Positions 38,919 to 42,032 of a DNA stretch of 42,032 bases are shown here, piece by piece. Source of the DNA: Chitinophagales bacterium. Lineage in GTDB: Bacteria > Bacteroidota > Bacteroidia > Chitinophagales > JADJOU01. The stretch's first letter is position 1; every line of letters begins with the position of its first letter. The position numbers were made by a program, and so were the translations under genes. Location: positions 1 through 42,032 of the forward strand of contig JBIPPG010000001.1 in assembly GCA_044368545.1 (NCBI GenBank), written 5' to 3'. The notes under the pieces were generated by a model. The model saw nothing but the letters and a program-made list of their open reading frames with translations. It searched no databases and had not been told where the DNA came from.

Positions 38919-40502
38919 TTAGTCGTTTACTTTATTGTCGTTGCCATTTAAGTAGATAGTACCAATTACAAAACAGATACCAGCAATAATCATTGGATAC
39001 CACAATCCTTCTAAGTATGGTTTTTCTACTACTTTTGCCAATCCTGCTGCTTCTGCAACTTCGTTTGCTTTTTTAGCATTAGTAACCAAGAAGGTAGCAA
39101 TAGCAGGCAACAAACCTCCAAAGATACCATTTCCTACGTGGTAAGGCAATGACATAGACGTATATCTAATTTTTACAGGGAACATTTCTACCAAGAATGC
39201 AGCAACTGGTCCGTAAACCATAGTTACAAAAATCATTTGAATAAATACAAACAATATCAAACTCCATTTGTCAGAATCATTGATTGTAACCGTTTTTTTA
39301 GTGTCAACGATAGGTTTACCATCTTTCATATCTACAGCACCATTGTTTAATGTCACTATTTTTACTTCTTTGTATTTAGTTCCATCGGTAAATTCTTTTG
39401 TAACGGTATAAACAGAATCAAAACCACCATTTTTGTTTTTCTCATTTGCTTTTAATTCAGCCATAGAGGTAGCTTTTTCAGCAACTTCGGTTTTCTTTTT
39501 AATATCAGTAGTATCGTACATGCTAGAATAAATAGGTCTATATGCTAAAACAGCAATTAACATACCTGTCATCATAATCCATTTTCTTCCGATTTTGTCA
39601 GACAACCATCCAAATACTACAAAGAAAGGAGTTCCAAGACAAAGAGCCCAAATTAATACTGAGTCTACTTGTTCTTTTGGTACATTCATTACTTTTTCAA
39701 TGAATGACATTGCATAGAATTGTCCAGTATACCATACCACACCTTGTCCCATTGTAACTCCTAATAATGCAAGTAATACAAATTTGAAATTCAATTTATT
39801 GCCAAAAGATTCTTTCAAAGGATTTGTAGAAATTTTTCCTTCTGCTTTTACTTTTGAGAATAATGGAGATTCGTGCATATTTTTTCTAATTAAATAAGAT
39901 ACACCCACCATTAAGATAGAAGCCAAAAATGGAATTCTCCATCCATAATCTTCAAAGGCTTCTTTTGTCATGGATGCTTTGGTCAATCCAATTACTAATA
40001 AAGAGATAATCAAACCTGCAGTAGCCGTTATTTGAATCCAAGAAGTCATATATCCTCTTTGATTGTCTGGTGAATGTTCTGCCACATAAGTAGCCGCACC
40101 ACCATACTCGCCTCCTAGCGCCAATCCTTGTAATAGACGCAATGAAAGTACCAATAGTGGAGACACCATTCCCCATGTTTTGTACTCAGGGATCAAACCT
40201 ATTAGAAACGTAGCACAACCCATTAGTAACAACGTAACCATGAATGTGTATTTTCTTCCAATCAAATCGCCTAATCTTCCAAAGAAAAGAGCTCCAAAAG
40301 GACGAACGATAAAACCTGCTGCAAAAGTAGCCAATGTAGACAAGAACGCTAAGGTTTCGGTTCCTGGTCCACTCGGGAAGAATTTTGTAGAGATAATAGT
40401 AGCTAAACTACCAAAGATGTAAAAATCATACCATTCAATCATGGTACCCACTGAAGATGCTCCAATTATGGAGAACATCGAGCTTTTATTATTTTCTGAC
40501 AT
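38919..40502 (-). CDS. MFS transporter, metabolite:H+ symporter (MHS) type, with a large insert in an extracytoplasmic loop
   Basis: MHS-like N-terminus (IEWYDFYIFGSLA, GRLGDLIGRKYTF, LQGLALGGEYGGA) and 12 predicted TM segments. An extra hydrophilic segment of about 84 aa lies between the predicted TM9 and TM10. Confidence 0.75.
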   Translation of the reverse strand: MSENNKSSMFSIIGASSVGTMIEWYDFYIFGSLATIISTKFFPSGPGTETLAFLSTLATFAAGFIVRPFGALFFGRLGDLIGRKYTFMVTLLLMGCATFLIGLIPEYKTWGMVSPLLVLSLRLLQGLALGGEYGGAATYVAEHSPDNQRGYMTSWIQITATAGLIISLLVIGLTKASMTKEAFEDYGWRIPFLASILMVGVSYLIRKNMHESPLFSKVKAEGKISTNPLKESFGNKLNFKFVLLALLGVTMGQGVVWYTGQFYAMSFIEKVMNVPKEQVDSVLIWALCLGTPFFVVFGWLSDKIGRKWIMMTGMLIAVLAYRPIYSSMYDTTDIKKKTEVAEKATSMAELKANEKNKNGGFDSVYTVTKEFTDGTKYKEVKIVTLNNGAVDMKDGKPIVDTKKTVTINDSDKWSLILFVFIQMIFVTMVYGPVAAFLVEMFPVKIRYTSMSLPYHVGNGIFGGLLPAIATFLVTNAKKANEVAEAAGLAKVVEKPYLEGLWYPMIIAGICFVIGTIYLNGNDNKVND

Positions 40503-40537
40503 ATTTATTTATTTTAATTGTTAAATAATTTTAGTTT

Positions 40538-41893
40538 TTATAGATAAATCATTGTTTGTACCGTGAAAGTAGGTCTTGTTTTTGTGCCTGATGTAGTAAA
40601 ATCAGGTCTCAATCCTACGTCAGTTGTAATTTTTGCATGATGTCCTTCAATCAACCAGTTACAACCAACGTTTCCATTTGCAAACCAACCAATTTGATTC
40701 CCTACATTTCCAGTTTCTTTGCTAACATTTCCTTCCCAATTTTGTAAAGTAACATTTGCATAAGGTTGAATTCTCAAAGAAGATCCACCTTTTGGCAATA
40801 AGTATCCTACTTGTGCGTGAAAAGCAGAACCCGTTCCTACAGTTGGATAAGCATTTCCTCCTACTTGTGCCATATTCATAATTCCGATACTTCTTACATA
40901 GTTTTTACCAAAATTATAATTAAAATAAGCAGCATAAGCTGTAATAGCATCTTTTTTGCTAGACAATGGCAAGTCTAAAAACATATCAGCCGCAAAATGA
41001 CTCATTGCTTTTACGGAAGAGTCTGTAGCAGAGGTGTATTCTACCATTGCATCAAAACCATGTTCAAAACCAGCGCCAATATTAAATACTTTTTTAGTTC
41101 CTAAATAGCTTCCTACCATGAATGGCAATAAGTTAGACTCTTGCTCAAAAAACTGCCAGTTGAAATACCCTTGTAGATTTACGCTATTGTTTCTTCTGTT
41201 ATACCCTGTTCTTCCTGCAACGCTTCCTCCTTGAATGCCAGCTTGTGTAGCAAATGGCATATTTACAGCTACTCTATAGTCTAGTTTGCTCAATTTACCT
41301 TTTGCATAAATACCCATCATACGAGCAAACTCATCTGCTGCATCAATAGTAGGCCAGTTAACAATAGGAGCATCTAATGTCATAAAGTTCAAAGTAGAAG
41401 CATTGGTCAATCTTGTAAGTCCATTCCAATAATGAAGCCCTGCACCTAATGATAACTCATAAGCCATACCTGAAGTTGTTTTTCCTTTTGTAACATTGTA
41501 CTCCGTCCAAACATCATGGAAAAAAATACCGGGCTTCCAAGCATTTCCGGCATTATTAGCGTTTTGATTACTCAATGAATTTTGATTGTTAATTCCAAAA
41601 TGCATTAAAATTAAAAACTTAGGGCTGATTTGACTTAAAAATAACATACGAGCTCTTCTAAGTCCTATGTCAAAGGTGTTGTCTGCTGCGGCTCCATTTC
41701 TAAGTGTACCTTCGTTGTTGTTGTTATATCTTGTCCATACTTGTGCCCAACTGATCACTCTCAAATATTTTGATCCGTCATCGTTGAATTTGATTTTTAG
41801 TCCTGATCCATATAAATCCGAACCTTGTGCATTTACAGAAGTTGTGAAAGCAACCCAAGCAAATAGAATAAAGAGTAAATTTCTTTTTTTCAT
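40538..41893 (-). CDS. Putative outer-membrane porin / beta-barrel protein
   Basis: The ATG at 41893 gives the signal peptide MKKRNLLFILFAWVAFTTSVNAQ. The protein is beta-rich and Gly/Asn/aromatic-rich and ends ...TVQTMIYL. It lies immediately upstream of the MFS gene. The TTG extension to 41932 is unlikely. Confidence 0.5.
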   Translation of the reverse strand: MKKRNLLFILFAWVAFTTSVNAQGSDLYGSGLKIKFNDDGSKYLRVISWAQVWTRYNNNNEGTLRNGAAADNTFDIGLRRARMLFLSQISPKFLILMHFGINNQNSLSNQNANNAGNAWKPGIFFHDVWTEYNVTKGKTTSGMAYELSLGAGLHYWNGLTRLTNASTLNFMTLDAPIVNWPTIDAADEFARMMGIYAKGKLSKLDYRVAVNMPFATQAGIQGGSVAGRTGYNRRNNSVNLQGYFNWQFFEQESNLLPFMVGSYLGTKKVFNIGAGFEHGFDAMVEYTSATDSSVKAMSHFAADMFLDLPLSSKKDAITAYAAYFNYNFGKNYVRSIGIMNMAQVGGNAYPTVGTGSAFHAQVGYLLPKGGSSLRIQPYANVTLQNWEGNVSKETGNVGNQIGWFANGNVGCNWLIEGHHAKITTDVGLRPDFTTSGTKTRPTFTVQTMIYL

Positions 41894-42032
41894 AACTTTT
41901 ACATTTTTTGTTAAAAATTTTTTACGACGCAAAAATGAAACGAAAAATCGAAAAGTGTATACTCTTACTATTTTTTTGTAAAAATACTATATTTTTTATA
42001 TGGGATACTAAATGTTTGTGTGTTTTTATTAT

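Noticed and set aside
41894-41932. TTG-initiated 13-codon extension of the porin ORF (MRRKKFLTKNVKV)
   Set aside because: The ATG at 41893 begins a canonical signal peptide, and the extension would bury it.

Overview
AT-rich chromosomal segment that looks like Bacteroidota, probably Flavobacteriia-like. Support for the lineage call: TAnnTTTG -7 boxes recur 17-38 nt upstream of most of the start codons I checked (groES is the outlier at about 95 nt), there is no obvious Shine-Dalgarno signal, and three large proteins end in T9SS type-B (gliding-motility C-terminal) sorting domains. Gene order: partial Wzx-like flippase, YceI, phosphate-type porin, PiT phosphate transporter, DUF486, rpiB, NAD(P)-binding protein, CapA-like/SPOR protein, M16-like protein, T9SS cargo, deoC, cytochrome c, anmK, M43-like protein, 1462-aa PKD adhesin, small membrane protein, ArsC-like, bacilliredoxin, acyl-CoA carboxyltransferase, 1979-aa alpha-2-macroglobulin, RAYT-type HUH transposase, an AT-richer islet (two overlapping membrane ORFs, a small secreted ORF, a TPR-LytTR regulator), groES-groEL, a 1488-aa lectin/tandem-repeat T9SS protein, and a porin-MFS-small membrane protein operon. 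I saw no rRNA, tRNA or CRISPR array. Most noteworthy: (1) REP-like hairpins lie both upstream of and inside the RAYT coding sequence, with compensatory stem changes. (2) An orphan cytoplasmic TPR-LytTR regulator sits next to a small secreted ORF and two uncharacterised membrane ORFs in an AT-rich islet; this may be a peptide-sensing module, which is inference only. (3) The same 11-bp-phased TTAACA direct-repeat array abuts the -7 box of both the porin and the PiT gene, making it a candidate Pho box. (4) A lectin-headed T9SS protein carries 17 two-cysteine tandem repeats, nine of them 153-bp units in register. (5) Several secreted enzyme homologues have degenerate catalytic motifs. All family calls come from motif recognition by eye; no searches were run.
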